Part shown: positions 1-12,842 of the stretch, in pieces
Layout: every line of letters starts with the position of its first letter
How positions within the stretch are numbered: the first letter of the stretch is position 1
From: Malacoraja senta
Taxonomy: Eukaryota
Direction of reading: 5' to 3'
Length of the DNA stretch: 64,000 bases
Assembly: GCA_038087875.1 (NCBI GenBank)
Contig: CM075985.1
Span: forward strand, 12,524,001-12,588,000
Notes under the pieces: generated by a model
Seen by the model: only the letters and a program-made list of their open reading frames with translations
Told to the model about the DNA's origin: nothing
Databases searched by the model: none
Position numbers and translations under genes: made by a program

Positions 1-1062
1 TATCAGTGACTGAGTATGTGAGCATAAGACTATGTATAAGTAAGTGCAAGTTAGTGGCTGTAAAATTCAGCTCCATGTTTCCTGTTGTTGCAGTTGCAAA
101 TTGATTCTAGCATGGTGAACAAAATGTGCAAGCATATTTGTTGCATACGCTGCACCAAGAGACATGTTGGTAAGGACATTAGTGCTGGTGACGATAATGC
201 CCACTGGCAGTATACAGTGTCGGCAGATGACAATATCACTCAGTATGCAACACTGATTTGACACCAGCTCTGCTAAATCAGAGTTCAATGCTTCAGTTCT
301 CTTATTCTAGGATAGCTGAACATGCACTCAGCAGCAGAAAGCAACCTCCACCCGCATTAATAGTAGGAATCATCAACAATGTGTTTGGCACGGTCGAGTT
401 GGGCCAAACGGCCAGTTTCCACATGTGGATAAATGACTCTAAAACTTGCAGGTTAATAATCTATTGGTTTCTAGTGGTCATTATAATTCAAAAGATTTCA
501 TAAAGTCTACAAGGAGCGGTTTGCAAGTGGCTGAATAACATTCACCTGATGTCAAGGCTTCTGGGCAAATCTGTTGATCCCAGTTACGGGTGCATGGATA
601 TTCTCCTTGGGGGATAACCAAGAGAATAAGCAGAGGGTACTCAGAGCAGAACAGAAGTGGGACAACAGAAGAGGAATAGGGGCATTGGCGTTCGGCAAGA
701 GACTACATTCACCCAGAGTTTTCAGGGAATAATTCTCCCACCTGAATTATTGAGAGGAACCATGCATGAGAAGGAGGCATGGTAAGGATGTCCTTATTGA
801 AATGTGTCTTGTTCCAATTGTAACCTCAGAGCCTAGTGAGGATTGCTTTTCCACCGGCTGTCAAGGTGATTGTGGTCATGAACTTTTATGCTTTGGGCTG
901 CCTCCAGGCTGGAGATATTTAAAATGTCTTGAAATGTGATCCATACTTTTCCAAGTGGACTGAGTATCTCTTTTTCTCTCTCAACAGAAAGTTACAACCG
1001 GAATGGAGTTATGAAGATTATAGATTTTCCCATGCTATAGGATGCATCTCATGTGGGACCTT

Positions 1063-2165
1063 TGATAAGGTCCCACATAGGAGATTAGTTGGCAAAATTA
1101 GAGCACATGATATTGGGGGTAGGGTACTGACATGGATAGAAAATTGGTTGGCAGACAGGAAACAAAGAGTAGGGATTAACGGGTCCCTTTCAGTATGGCA
1201 GGCAGTGACTAGTGGGGTACCACAAGGCTCGGTGCTGGGTCCGCAGCTATTTACAATAAACATTAATGATTTAGATGAAGGGATTAAAAGTAACATTAGC
1301 AAATTTGCAGATGACACAAAGCTGGGTGGCAGGGTGAACTGTGAGGAGGATGCTATGAGGATGCAGGGTGACTTGGACAGGTTGGGAGAGTGGGCAGATG
1401 CATGGCAGATGCAGTTTAATGTGGATAAATATGAGGTTATCCACTTTGGTGGCAAAAACAGGAAGGCAGATTATTGTCTGAATGGTGTCAATTTGGGAAA
1501 ATGGGAAGTACAACGAGATCTGGGGGTCCTTGTTCATCAGTCACTGAAAGTAAGCATGCAGGTGCAGCAGGCAGTGAAGAAAGCTAATGGCATGTTGGCC
1601 TTCATAACAAGGGGAGTTGAGTATTGGAGTAAAGAGGTCCTTCTGCAGTTGTACAGGGCCTTGGTGAGACCACACATGGAGTATTGTGTGCAGTTTGGGT
1701 CTCCAAATTTGAGGAAGGTCATTCTTGCTATTGAGGGAGTGCAGCGTAGGTTCACGAGGTTAATTCCCGGGATGGCGGGACTGTCATATGTTGATTATTA
1801 AGGTATTGGACATGCTAGAGGCAGGAAACATGTTCCCAATGTTAGGGCAGTCCAGAACCAGGGGCCACAGTTTAAAGATATGGGATAGGCCATTTAGGAC
1901 GGAGATGAAGAAAAACGTTTTCACCCAGAGAGTTGTGAATCTGTAGAATTCTCTGTCTCAGAAGGCAGTGGAGGCCAATTCTCTGGATGCTTTCAAGAGA
2001 GAGTTGGATAGAGCTCTTAAAGGTAGCAGAGTCAAGGGATATGGGGAGAAGACAGGAACGGGGTACTGATTGTGGATGATCAGCCATGATCACAGTGAAT
2101 GCCACTACATTGTGCTGGCTCGAAGGGCCGAATGGCCTACTCCTGCACCTATTGTCTATTGTATC
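1063..2165 (+). mobile_element. CR1 (HER1-like) LINE, 5'-truncated RT/3' end with internal deletion near 1790
   Basis: FDKVPH, GVPQGSVLGP, KFADDTK motifs and a CR1 3' UTR ending ctcctgcacct plus short-repeat tail. Confidence 0.93.
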
Positions 2166-3754
2166 AGTTTACAGATAGCAATCCTAAGTTAGATTGTTCA
2201 AACAGTGATGTTGCTGCATGAACTACTTTACGGGAGCTCCGTGGAGCTCAGAGAAGAAGGTGCCAAGATCTATTGTGGTCTGTCACTGTTGCACAACCTC
2301 AACAACATGAGGATTCAGCCTTTCCTGTCAGAGATACAATGAGCAGCTATAAGAGAAGAGGAGGGAATGTAGAAAGAATTGGAGGAAGGTGAGTTGACTT
2401 GTTCAGCCCCTAAACACACAAACTAGCATTAGTGTCCGATTTCTGCTGGGGGTGACCTTGGACCTGGAGTTGGGGGTAGGGGTGGGAGGGCGGCATCATT
2501 TGAATGATTTTCCAGAAGTCGTTGAGATGAGCTCCATTCTGGCAGAAGCTTGGGGACAGCAGTTCATTAAACATAAAAATAATGTGTTAGTGTGCCACTA
2601 CATTATGCTGCTCCAAAGACAAGTAAAAACCTTGGACTGCACATTTTCAGCTCAAGCAGCAGTCGTCAGGGTTGTTTGGCTGATACTTAACATCATGGGC
2701 ACTGGCAGAGTGAGATCAGCCTGGTGGAGGACAAGCTATTCCTGCTGCATGGAGCAACTGCTACCATCCCTGTCAGCGAACCAGCAATCCTGCGACCTGT
2801 TAGAGAATGGCTTGCTGTATTTCACTGGCACCCCATCAGCCCATTTTAACACAACCATTTAACAACAATAATTGTAGCAATCTCAAGCCGTGAGACAGAA
2901 ATCAACACTTCCAATACAGCAACAAGATATTGAGTGACCTCTGCTGACCTCATTCCCTCTTTTCTCTTCCTGTTCTCTGGTGCTGGGAAAATATGGAGCC
3001 CAACATCTCAAGTTACTGTCGCAAGGTTTGATGAGTGCACTTCTTGGAGCTGCAATCCACCTCCTTTGTGGGAGATGCAAGCTCATTTTGATAATTTCCG
3101 TTAGTTTAATCATGTTTACACTTTAAAAATTGGGTCCCCTTTGAGTGCCTGGACAATTGACAGCACATCATGTTGTGGCTAGAGATTAAAACTATTATAA
3201 TGAGCAGGCAGAATGAAAGTTGGTGGGCTGTTTGAAGAGAACCAAACCAAGCTGTTCATTGTGATCTGCTTTCCGGTCTCAAGAGCTAAAGATTGTATAT
3301 ATATATATGTATGTGTTTCTTTGAGAATGTTTGGAGTGAGAGGCCATGCATGAATTTGAAGTAGCAGGATTGAGCATGTGTGTGCGAGCGAGAGAGAGAG
3401 AAAATAAGTGAGTATATTTGGGGGCACATGAGTGTAAGCACATCATAGATTTAGTTACTAATAAATGCATCAATGAGTGTGCAAGTGGTTGTGTGTGAGT
3501 GTTAAGTGTGAGAGTAAGAATGTATAAGGTGACTAGGTATGTGAGTCAGGGTGGAAGAAGCATGTGTGTGAGAGCATGAATGAGCATAATGGTGAATTTG
3601 TGTTCAAGTGTATATAAGTGTGTGTTTTTTAATTAATAAAGGTGTTTGTGTTGTGTGAATGCGTGTGAATACATGTTTGTTTATGTGTATACGAGAGAGA
3701 GAGAGGGTGCAAGCCTTACGTACAGAAGCATACATAACAGTTAATTTGTCCTAC

Positions 3755-3872
3755 CTGCAATAATGCCGTTCCATTTGCTGCAGTCTTTCCCTCAGCTGTT
3801 TGTTATCATTCTGCAGAACTCGACATTCTTGAGCCAGATTTCGACACTCAACCTGCAGGCACTGTACTGCAC
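3755..3872 (-). CDS. CCDC136: 118-nt coiled-coil exon (GAVQCLQVECRNLAQECRVLQNDNKQLRERLQQMERHYC)
   Basis: Acceptor tgtaacag, donor AG|gtagga, phase 1-2, heptad pattern. Positionally equivalent to the segment after the 321-nt exon in SLMAP/CCDC136. Confidence 0.8.
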
Positions 3873-4404
3873 CTGTTACACACACAGCTTAAATAGCAAC
3901 ACACACATGCAAGGAGATAATAACGTCTGGTCGAGAATTCCATACTCTAAAAAACCCTGCTAAAAAAGGCATTGTTTTAGCCACTTCCTTCATTCCTATC
4001 GTGATGGATTTACACTGAAATGTGCGGGGGTTGTGACAGAAGACATTTAGCCGGACAAGTTTGTTTGGGCATTTAACCATCCCACACAGAACCACATGTT
4101 TATAACACGTACATATATCCCACCAACCCTTCCCATCTCCCCCACTTCTCAAATCTAATTGATAGCATCCTCTCCTTCCACAATTCCACGATATTAATTT
4201 TATGTTCAAAATATGTAAAATGTTTTTCCTTTTGTATTGTTTTGATGTCTTTTCTCAACGTGTCTTCTCCTGTTGCCTTATTTTATCTGTTTAACTGCAT
4301 TCCCACACACATAATTGATAATTCTTATTATGTCCAATTGTTTTTCCCTCAACATCAAAAAATTAATTGTAATTTCCTTTTTTTTATGGAACATACTAAT
4401 TAAC

Positions 4405-4870
4405 AGAATCATAGTGTGGTAGAGCTCAGACAAAGAGCATTTAGCACATCATGGCTGTCGACTCTGTGAAAGAGCCACCCAGTTAATCTCACTTTCCTCA
4501 ATGGCATATAATTATTTTCATTAATTTTCTTCCTGAAATAAACCATTTAATCTATTTTTGCCACGTTTTCAGGCTGTGCATTCCCAATCACTACAACTTG
4601 CTTTGTCCAAAACGGTTTCCTCCTGTTGCCTGGTACTTCCGCTAATCACTTTAAATCTCTAAGCAACCTCCTATCTCTTTTTATCTGTTATGCCAACAAA
4701 GAATTTGTAATTTTTTTAATGCCCCCATAAAATCTCTTATTTTTTCAGAATTGAACACTATGCCCATAGTCAATTGTTTGTGCAATTGTGTGTGCGTTAC
4801 AATGGTTTACCATTACATCTTTTTATTCGTTTTCTACTCTACCGCCAATGTAGCTAAGAGATCCTTGGCC
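4405..4870 (-). mobile_element. Old, decayed CR1 3' fragment
   Basis: Degenerate similarity to the 3' ends of other CR1 copies in the window. Confidence 0.5.
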
Positions 4871-5289
4871 TAGAAATTGATCTTCAGCATTTTTCTGACA
4901 TTGGTGCAGGTCACCCTAATGCTGTTTGTGAAAGTCACATGAAAACCGAGAACTTTAATCGTCAGGTATAACTGCGCTGAAACTGAGTTTATTGTTTTTC
5001 TTGATGTGTTGCAAGTTCTCACATTTGTCAAAATGTAGCAAGCAGGTGCGACGATGGAAGCACCACTCAACACTCTTCCGCTGCTGAATGATTGGATGCT
5101 GCATTGATGGACGGAGGTAAGAAAGTGGTGTTACAGGACGAGAAGGACCTGGACATGCTGGTGAAGAACATACCCACCTCTGGTGTTCCTTTTTCTATGG
5201 GAGCCAAAGGGGCCACCTAGTACTACAGTCAGGAATTCCTAGCAGATTTATGGCAGAAAAAGGTTTAGGGAGAACAATAATCCATTTGA

Positions 5290-5770
5290 AAGATGAAGAA
5301 ATCAAATGTCCCTACAAATGCTATGATTGATTTCTGAGATGTAAAGATTAGCTTGTGAGGAAATATTAAGCAGGAGGTGTATATACTGGTTGAAATTTAG
5401 AAAAATGAAAGGCAGTCCCATTGAAATATATAAGATTCTGATTGTGACAGAGAAGATTCTGATTATCTGTTTCCCATGGCCGGAGAGTGTAGAACAAGAG
5501 GGCCTTGTCTCAGGAGAAAGGGCTGAGATAAAATGTTTTTTATTCCTCCGAGGCTTATGAATGGTGTGGAATTCTCTGCTCGAGAGCGCTGTGGACATGA
5601 GTTGTTGCGTCTATTCACTGGCTGAGTCAGCTTTATTTTTGAACAACAAATGCATATGAGAGTGAATTAATAGTGGACTTAAGGTAAAAGACCAGGCATA
5701 ATCATGTAGAAAAACAGAGGAGACCGAGATGTCTCAAGGCCTGTACCTGGTCTTGTTTACTTTCTTAAAC
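5290..5770 (+). mobile_element. Old, decayed CR1 3' fragment
   Basis: Degenerate match to the LIETYKI...LFP...WNSL coding region and 3' UTR. Confidence 0.6.
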
Positions 5771-6251
5771 TATGGCTCCGCAGTCCAGTGAATCGATAAC
5801 TCTTTCCACCTCACAACCACCAACATGTCTTTATACATACTGTAAGTCTGCCCAAAACTCATCCTATCTTCCAGTTTTTGTACAAATATTTTTCCCTTAC
5901 CATTTGGATTTTAAATCTAGTACTGGGGTCACTGTCTTAATCTAGTTCATCTACAAAATCCATTTTATTAGTTCTAGTGACGTCTTTGTCCTTGTGGGCT
6001 GAATAACACATTGCTGGAGGGAGAAAACCTTTATGTAATTTAGGAATTTCATTCCTATTTCTTTACTAACTCACTTTCTGCCCAGTGAGAAAGAATCATT
6101 AAAAATTTCTAGTCACAACAATCTGATTATTCTTTACTCATCTTTCTAATTAGACTAGAATCCTTTCACTTCCTTTCAATTGGGGGAGGTGTTAATGCCA
6201 TTACTGTAACAAGATGTTTTAAGCTTTGTGTTAATATTGACTCTGCATCAG

Positions 6252-6534
6252 TTTCGTTTATAGAGCGTGGAAACAGGCCCTCGGGCCCACCGAGTCCCCG
6301 CCGACCAACGATGACCCGTACACTAGTTCTATCCTACACTCTCGGGACAATTTACAGTGGCCAATTAACCTACAAACTTGCACGTCTTTGGAATGTGGTA
6401 GGAAACCGGAGCATCCGGCGAAAACGCATGCAGTCACTGGGAGAACGTGTAAACTCCATACAGATAGCACCCAAAGTCACAATCAAACCATGGTCTCTGG
6501 CGCTGTAAGGCAGCAACTCTACCGTTGTGCCACC
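6252..6534 (-). mobile_element. HE1-like V-SINE
   Basis: tRNA-like head (ggtggcaca...ggtagagttgctgcctta), V-domain ctccggtttcctaccaca, CR1-like tail agggcctgtttcc. Confidence 0.88.
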
Positions 6535-7886
6535 CACATCATTTCCATGTCTATTCCCACCTTTTCTCTCAGTTACTCATATTGATACAGAATCTCAATT
6601 TTTTTTTTGTTTTCCTCCTAAAATATATTGGCTGAATTGTCTCAGTTGAGTGTGTTCTGTTGGACCTTTCAATGCCCATTACTCAATGCTCTCCCTATAT
6701 ATATGTACTAATGTGGCACAGATGGTTGGGTCTATTTCACCCTGGGCCTCCCAAATCGGAAGTGAGACAGGCATAGCATGGTGTCAGCAGCTAGCTAGCA
6801 TACAGCTGGGACATTACCCCAGATATCCCGACAGCCCTTGACAGGAGACAAGGTCGGAGATTGGGTGTGGGGATGTATCTCTGTCTCCGGCTCTGTCAAA
6901 TGTTATGCAATTTTGCACGGATTTTTAAATGTCTCAATCATTTGAAATATTACAAAAGGCAAAATAACTAGAGTATTTTCACATGCATTAAAACAATGAA
7001 ATTATATAAAGTGAGTATAAATGAAATAATTGAAAGGGGACTCTGATCCAACACTAGTTCTGACTGGTGTGAGATTACAGAAACACATTTGCTGGTTTCC
7101 GTCACTCAGCTCATCCATTACTAACGGTGGGTCTGCATCAGATCTGTGATTTACTTACCTGCAAGCAGTTGAACACTGAATTTCTTTTGAACAGCTGGCC
7201 ACAGCCTGCTCAGTTCAATCCATCGTATTTTTATATGCTCTTTTTGCCTTCACATCTTTAGTTATATATAGTTATTAAATAATGCAGCTCGAGGTTGGCC
7301 ATTTGGTCCACAGTCTATATGAGATATTTGGCTATCTATGATATTAATCTTATTTTCTGCCGACTGTTCCTGAACCCCCTTTTAATTCCATTCAATTCTT
7401 CTTTCTTTTCCTCCTTCTTCTTAACTTAACATTCCGTGTTGTTAAATTTGATTTGCCCATTTCACTAGTCTTGCTTTGCTTGCCTGGTCTATTTTTGCTA
7501 TTCATTCAGTTCTCTAATTTATTTTCCATAGCTCAATTGCTCCTGGAACTGGTGCTAAAGTCTAAGAGTAAAATCTCCCTGACATCTCTCCTTTCACTAG
7601 GCAGTGTCATTTCTCATTCATTCACATGACTTGAAAAGTAACAACAGGATTCCCACCCATGAAGTCTATCATCTGAACTCATCCTCAAGTACTTTGCACC
7701 TTTTTTTTAAACAGTGACTGACCCCACATGAAATTAGGTAATTAGTACCACATGAACACCAATAATAATCTCAATCTACTACTTAGCAACACACATCTAC
7801 CCACCATGTTGTTCTATATGGAATCCCCTCTCCATTTAATAAACCCCTCTGTATAGGACTCATATCATTCACTGCCTGGATCATAC

Positions 7887-8207
7887 CCTGGAGCTGAGTA
7901 ACCTCTTCGGAGTTTTTCTTCTGTCGACTGTCACTTTTCATCTGTATCTCTGCTCGGAGTGTGGTGATCTCCAGCTCATACTCCACTGTTGTCTGCTGAA
8001 GGTGTTCCAGCTCTGCCCGAATACGACATAGCTCCTCCTGCAATGTTGCAATCTCATTTTCCCGTTCTCCCGCTGCCTCCTCGGCTGCCTGACGGAGATT
8101 CACAATCTCCTCCTGTGCGCAGTGAAGTTCCTCATGTGCTTCTGTCAGCTCACTCTCCTTCTCTTCCTCCAAGCTCTCAATCTCCTCTTGAACGGACCGA
8201 AGCTGTA
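7887..8207 (-). CDS. CCDC136: 321-nt coiled-coil exon (VQLRSVQEEIESLEEEKESEL...EEVTQLQ)
   Basis: Acceptor ttgtcctattcag, donor CAGG|gtatga, phase 1-1. EKESEL, LRQAAE, LQEELCR and LRAEIQMKS match CCDC136 better than SLMAP (recalled). Confidence 0.9.
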
Positions 8208-8243
8208 CTGAATAGGACAAAGCAGATATCTATAAGTTTTGTT

Positions 8244-8470
8244 AAAGAAGGAACTGCAGATGCTGGAAAATCGAAGGTACACAAAAATGCTGGAGAAACT
8301 CAGCGGGTGCAGCAGCATCTATGGAGCGAAGGAAATAGGTAACGTTTCGGGCCGAAACCCTTCTTCAGAAGGGTCTGAAGAAGGGTTTCGGCCCAAAACG
8401 TTACCTATTTCCTTCGCTCCATAGATGCTGCTGCACCCGCTGAGTTTCTCCAGCATTTTTGTGTACCTTA
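8244..8470. mobile_element. Palindromic Penelope-derived element with hammerhead-like cores
   Basis: 96-bp inverted arms 8274-8369 and 8374-8469 (1 mismatch), flanked by the direct repeat tataagttttgtt at 8231 and 8471. Confidence 0.85.
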
Positions 8471-8627
8471 TATAAGTTTTGTTGTTGAGTCTGCTGCTTT
8501 GGTTAAAGAAACAGATTTGAGTTCAGTCATTTCAGCCAATACCTCTCAGGTAGTGGCATAATGCTATTCTAACCAATGGAGCTGAAACTCCTTGTTCTGA
8601 GACAGCAAACAAGGGAGAATGGAATGT

Positions 8628-8720
8628 GTAAGAAGGGTCTTGTACCAAAACATCATCCATTCCTTCTCCCTAGAGATGCTGCCTGTCCTGCTGAGTTACT
8701 CCAGCATTCTGTGTCTATCT
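8628..8720 (+). mobile_element. Penelope-derived short element, decayed half copy
   Basis: agaagggtc...agagatgctgcctg...gagttactccagcatt motif shared with the other copies. Confidence 0.75.
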
Positions 8721-8883
8721 AACGGAGAATGGAATACAGGACTACTCAGATAGAATTAGATGAGAAAAGATGAGAGGCTCAAGTGGATCATACATTGATT
8801 GGTTGAGCAGAACGCCCGAGTCTTTGCCATACATCCCTTATAATCCCATCTGCTCAATTAGACAGTAGCACTGTTGAAAATGT

Positions 8884-10630
8884 AAGTCAAGGGTCGAGAG
8901 TGTTTTATTGTCATATGTCCCGAGAACAATGACATTTTTATTTGCAGCAGCACAACAGACAAGTAAACATAGTACTCTGTAAGCACCATAATAAACAACA
9001 AAAACATTTAGTATATAAAAACAAACAAATAATAATAGCGCAACGACAAAATAATGCCCCCACATCTATGTAGTTCGGAGCATAGTTGGAGCGTTTAATA
9101 GCTGGTTGTTGGAAAGAAGCTGCTCCTGAACCTGGATGTGACAGTTTTCAGGTTCCTATACCTTCTTCCCGATGGCAGGAGTGAAATGAGTGTGTGGCCA
9201 GGGTGGTGTGGGTCTATGATGATGCTGGCTGCCTTTTTGAGGCAGCTCCTCCTTAGATCTTTTGATGGTGGGGAGGTCAGTTCCTGTGATGTTCATGTTC
9301 ACCAGTTTTTGCAAACGTTCTCCTTCCTGGGCATTGGAGTTTGCTGAACCAGGCCGTGATGTAACCAGTCAGTATGCTCTTCACTGTACATTTATTCTAT
9401 TCCTTGGAGCACAGGAGGATGAGGGGTGATCTTATAAAGGTGTACAAAATCATTAGATCATATGCAGAATAGGGGAATCTAGGACCAGAGGAAATAGGTT
9501 CAAGGTGAAGGGGAAAAGATTTAATAAGAATCTGAGGTGTGACTTTTTCACACAAAGGGTGGTGGGTGTATGGAACATGCTGCCCGATGAGGTAGTTGAG
9601 GCTGGGACTACCCCAACGTTTAAGAAACAGTTAGACAGGTACATGGATAGGACAGGTGTGGAGCGCAGGTCCAAGCGCAGGCCAGTGGGACTAGTGTAGC
9701 TGGGGCATGTTGGTCGGTGCGGGCAAGTTTGGCCGAAGGGTCCGTTTCCACACTGTATCACTCTATGACTATGGCTCTATCTGCAGAAGTTCAAGAGAGT
9801 ATTCGTCGACATACTGAATCTCCGTAATCTTCCAAGGGAGTAGAGGTGCTGATGGGCTTTCTTTATGATTTCATCAGTGTGCTGTGTTCAGGACAGATCT
9901 TCATAGATATGCATGCCCACCAATTTGAAATTTTTGATTCTCTCCACTACCGTCCCATCGATGAGGACAGGTTTGTGCATCCTCGGCCTTTCCCTTCTAA
10001 ATTCAACAATTGGTTCCTTGGTTTTACTGACGTTGAGAACAAGATTGTTGTTCTGGCACCATTCGGTCAGTCAATCGATCTCCCTCCTGTATTTTGACTC
10101 ACCATCATCCGTAATTCGTCCAACAACGGTAGTGTCATCGGCGAATTTAAAGATGCAGTTGGAACTGTGTCTGGTTACACAGTCATGGGTATAGAGTGAG
10201 TGGAGCAGGAGGCTGAGCACACTGCCTTGAGGAGCTCCTGTGCTTATGGTTATCAAGTTGCTGCCAATCCGTACAGATCGTGTTCTGTTAAAGGGGAAGT
10301 CGCGGATCCAGCTGCAGAGGAATACACAGAAACCCCGTTCCCTAAGCTTAGCAAACAGTTTGGAGGGGATAATAGTGTTGAATGGCGAGCTGTAGTCAAT
10401 GAACAACAGCCTGATATATGTGTTTTTATTGTCCAAGTGGCCCACTGCAGAGTGGAGAGCCAGCAAGATCACATCCTCCGTTGCCATGTTGTGGCGGTAG
10501 GCAAATTGTAGTGGGTCCTGGTTCTTGTTGAGGTAGGAGTTGATATATGCCATAACCAACCTCTCAAAGCACTTCATCACCACGGATATTAGTGCCACCG
10601 GTCGGTAGTCATTGAAGCATGTCACCTTAC
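8884..10630 (-). mobile_element. Rex1/Babar-like LINE, 5'-truncated
   Basis: ORF 10071..10625 has NDYRPVAL..VMKCFERLV, DPLQFAYR, LFIDYSS.FNTI, GAPQG, KFADDTT. 3' tail atgacaataaa near 8905. Confidence 0.88.
9393..9780 (+). mobile_element. CR1 3' fragment nested in the Rex1/Babar copy
   Basis: FFTQRVVGVWN motif and ctatga tail. Interrupts the host sequence ...ctgtaca/tctgcagaagttc. Confidence 0.85.
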
Positions 10631-10734
10631 TCTTTGTGTTATTATTATTGTTGTGAATGCACTCTATGAATGGAGATCTTTCTCGAGTAATATAATTGAA
10701 AAGTTGGGAAATTATGCTAAACTTGTGTCATATA

Positions 10735-11255
10735 GTCAGAGTTATACAGCACAGAAACAGGCCCTTCAGCCTAACTTGTCCATGCCAACTAAATTGTCTA
10801 CCTGAACTAGTCCCATTTGCCTGTGTTTTGCCCGTATCACTCTATACATATTCAAATGGCTTTTAAATGCTGTAACTGAAACTGCTTCTGCAACTTTGGC
10901 AGCTCTTTTCACATGCCCACTACCCTCTGTGTGAAAAGGTTGCCCCTCTATTCCTTTTTAAAATCTTTCCTTTCTCACGAATCTATGCCCTCTAGTTTTA
11001 GACTTCTCCACCTTGGGGAAATAATTGTTTCTATTTGCCATATCTATTCCACTATAATTTTATATACCTCTATAAGATCCCCCCCTCTGCCTTCATGATC
11101 CACAGAAAAAAGACCCAGCCTATCCAGCCACTTCTTATCTCAAGTCATCCAGACTCGGAAACATCCTTGTAAATCTTTTGTTCACCGTTTCCATGTTAAT
11201 GGCATCCTTCCTATAGATGGGTGACCAGAACTGCACTAAATACTCCAAATGCTGC
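10735..11255 (-). mobile_element. Older CR1 3' fragment
   Basis: Decayed RT C-terminus and 3' UTR. Confidence 0.75.
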
Positions 11256-11649
11256 ACCATTCCAGACATGACTTGAGCACACAACTCCAGGCTTGGGATG
11301 TCAATGTCTTATCAACTAGATCATTAGAATTGTTGTTTATAATCACACATGGAATAACACATATGATCATAGATGGGAAGAATGCAGAGAAGATTTAGGG
11401 GAATACCAGAAATGTGAAGTTATCTGTATCAGGAAAGATTTCCACTCAGTCCCAGTGAGCTCATCTTTTATAGAACTAGTTTTGTACCATTCTCATCCAA
11501 ACATTAGGCATGCTGCCCACAAATGTATTCACTAGTCAGCTGAGGCCATTCAGCACTCACACACCCTCTATCATTTTGTGCCACGTTGCCTTGTTATGAA
11601 TCCAAGAAATTTATTAGCTCTTCAGCCGAGTTCACTTACTTTATAGAGA

Positions 11650-12590
11650 TACATAGACAATTGGTGCAGGAGTAGGCCATTCATCCCTTCGAGCATTCAA
11701 TGTGATCATGGTTGATCATCCACAATCAGTATCCTGTTCCTGCCTTCTCCCCATTTCCTTTGATTCCGCTAGCCCTAAACAGCTCTAACTGTTTTGAATG
11801 CATCCAGTGAATCGGCCTCCACTGCCTTCTGAGGCAGAGAATTCCACAAATTCACAACTCTCTGTGTGAAAAAGTTTTTCCTCATCTCAGTTCTAAATGG
11901 CCTACCCCTTATTCTTAAACTATAGCCCCTGGTTCTGGACACTCCCAACATCAGGAACATGTTTCCTGCATCTAGCATGTCCAATCTCTTAATAATTTTA
12001 TGTTTCTATAAGATCTCCTCTCATCCTTCTAAATTCCAGTGAATACAAGCCCAGTTGCTCCATTCTTTCATCGTATGACAGTCCTGCCATCCTGGGAATT
12101 AACCTCATGACCCTACGCTGCACTCCCTCAATAGCAAGAATGTCCTTCCTCAAATTAGGAGACCACAACTGCACACAATACTCCAGGTGTGATCTCACCA
12201 GGGCCCTGTACAACTGCAGAAAGACCTCTTTGCTCCTATACTCAACTCCTCTTGTTATGAAGGCCAACATGCCATTAGCTTTCTTCACCGCCTGCTGTAC
12301 CAGCATGCTTACTTTCAGTGACTGATGTACAAGGACACCCAGGTCTCATTGTACTTCCCCTTTTCCTAACCTGATACCATTCAGATAATAATCTGCCTTC
12401 CTGTTCTTGCCACCAAAGTGGATAACCTCACATTTATCCACATTATACTGCATCTGCCATGCATCTGCCCACTCACCCAACCTATCCAAGTCACCCTGCA
12501 TCCTCATAGAATCCTCTTCACAGTTCACACTGCCACCCAGCTTTGTGTCATCTGCAAATTTGCTAATGTTACTTTTATTTCCTTCATCTA
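11650..12590 (-). mobile_element. CR1 LINE 3' portion
   Basis: ORFs 12346..12528, 11998..12306 and 11775..11984 encode the CR1 RT C-terminus. Confidence 0.93.
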
Positions 12591-12767
12591 TGAATTGAGA
12601 ATGAGGAATTTACATTTATGCCAGGGCCTCCAGCCATGCTGCTGGGCTCTGCTCATATCCTCATATGGCATTGCACTTCTCTGCTTCGTATTGCTTAACC
12701 CAAGCCTCAGTTACTGTGGTATGTTTGCGTTCTACAGCTCAGCTCAAACCCAAGAACTGTCACTCAC

Positions 12768-12842
12768 CTTGGAGACGCTGGATCTGTTTGGCAAAGTTTT
12801 CAGTCTGTTGCACATTGACCAATCGTTGTTCCTCTAGCAATC
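12768..12842 (-). CDS. CCDC136: 75-nt exon (RLLEEQRLVNVQQTENFAKQIQRLQ)
   Basis: Acceptor ...ccaaacactgcag, donor CAAG|gtgagt, phase 1-1. Matches CCDC136 [25 protein letters not shown] (recalled). Confidence 0.9.

Noticed and set aside
2225-2330. Possible Harbinger transposase trace (IVVC..LHNL with a frameshift)
   Set aside because: Too short and decayed to call.
2883-3113. Minus-strand ORF as the next CCDC136 exon
   Set aside because: No suitable phase-2 acceptor and no coiled-coil character. The next exon probably lies outside the window.
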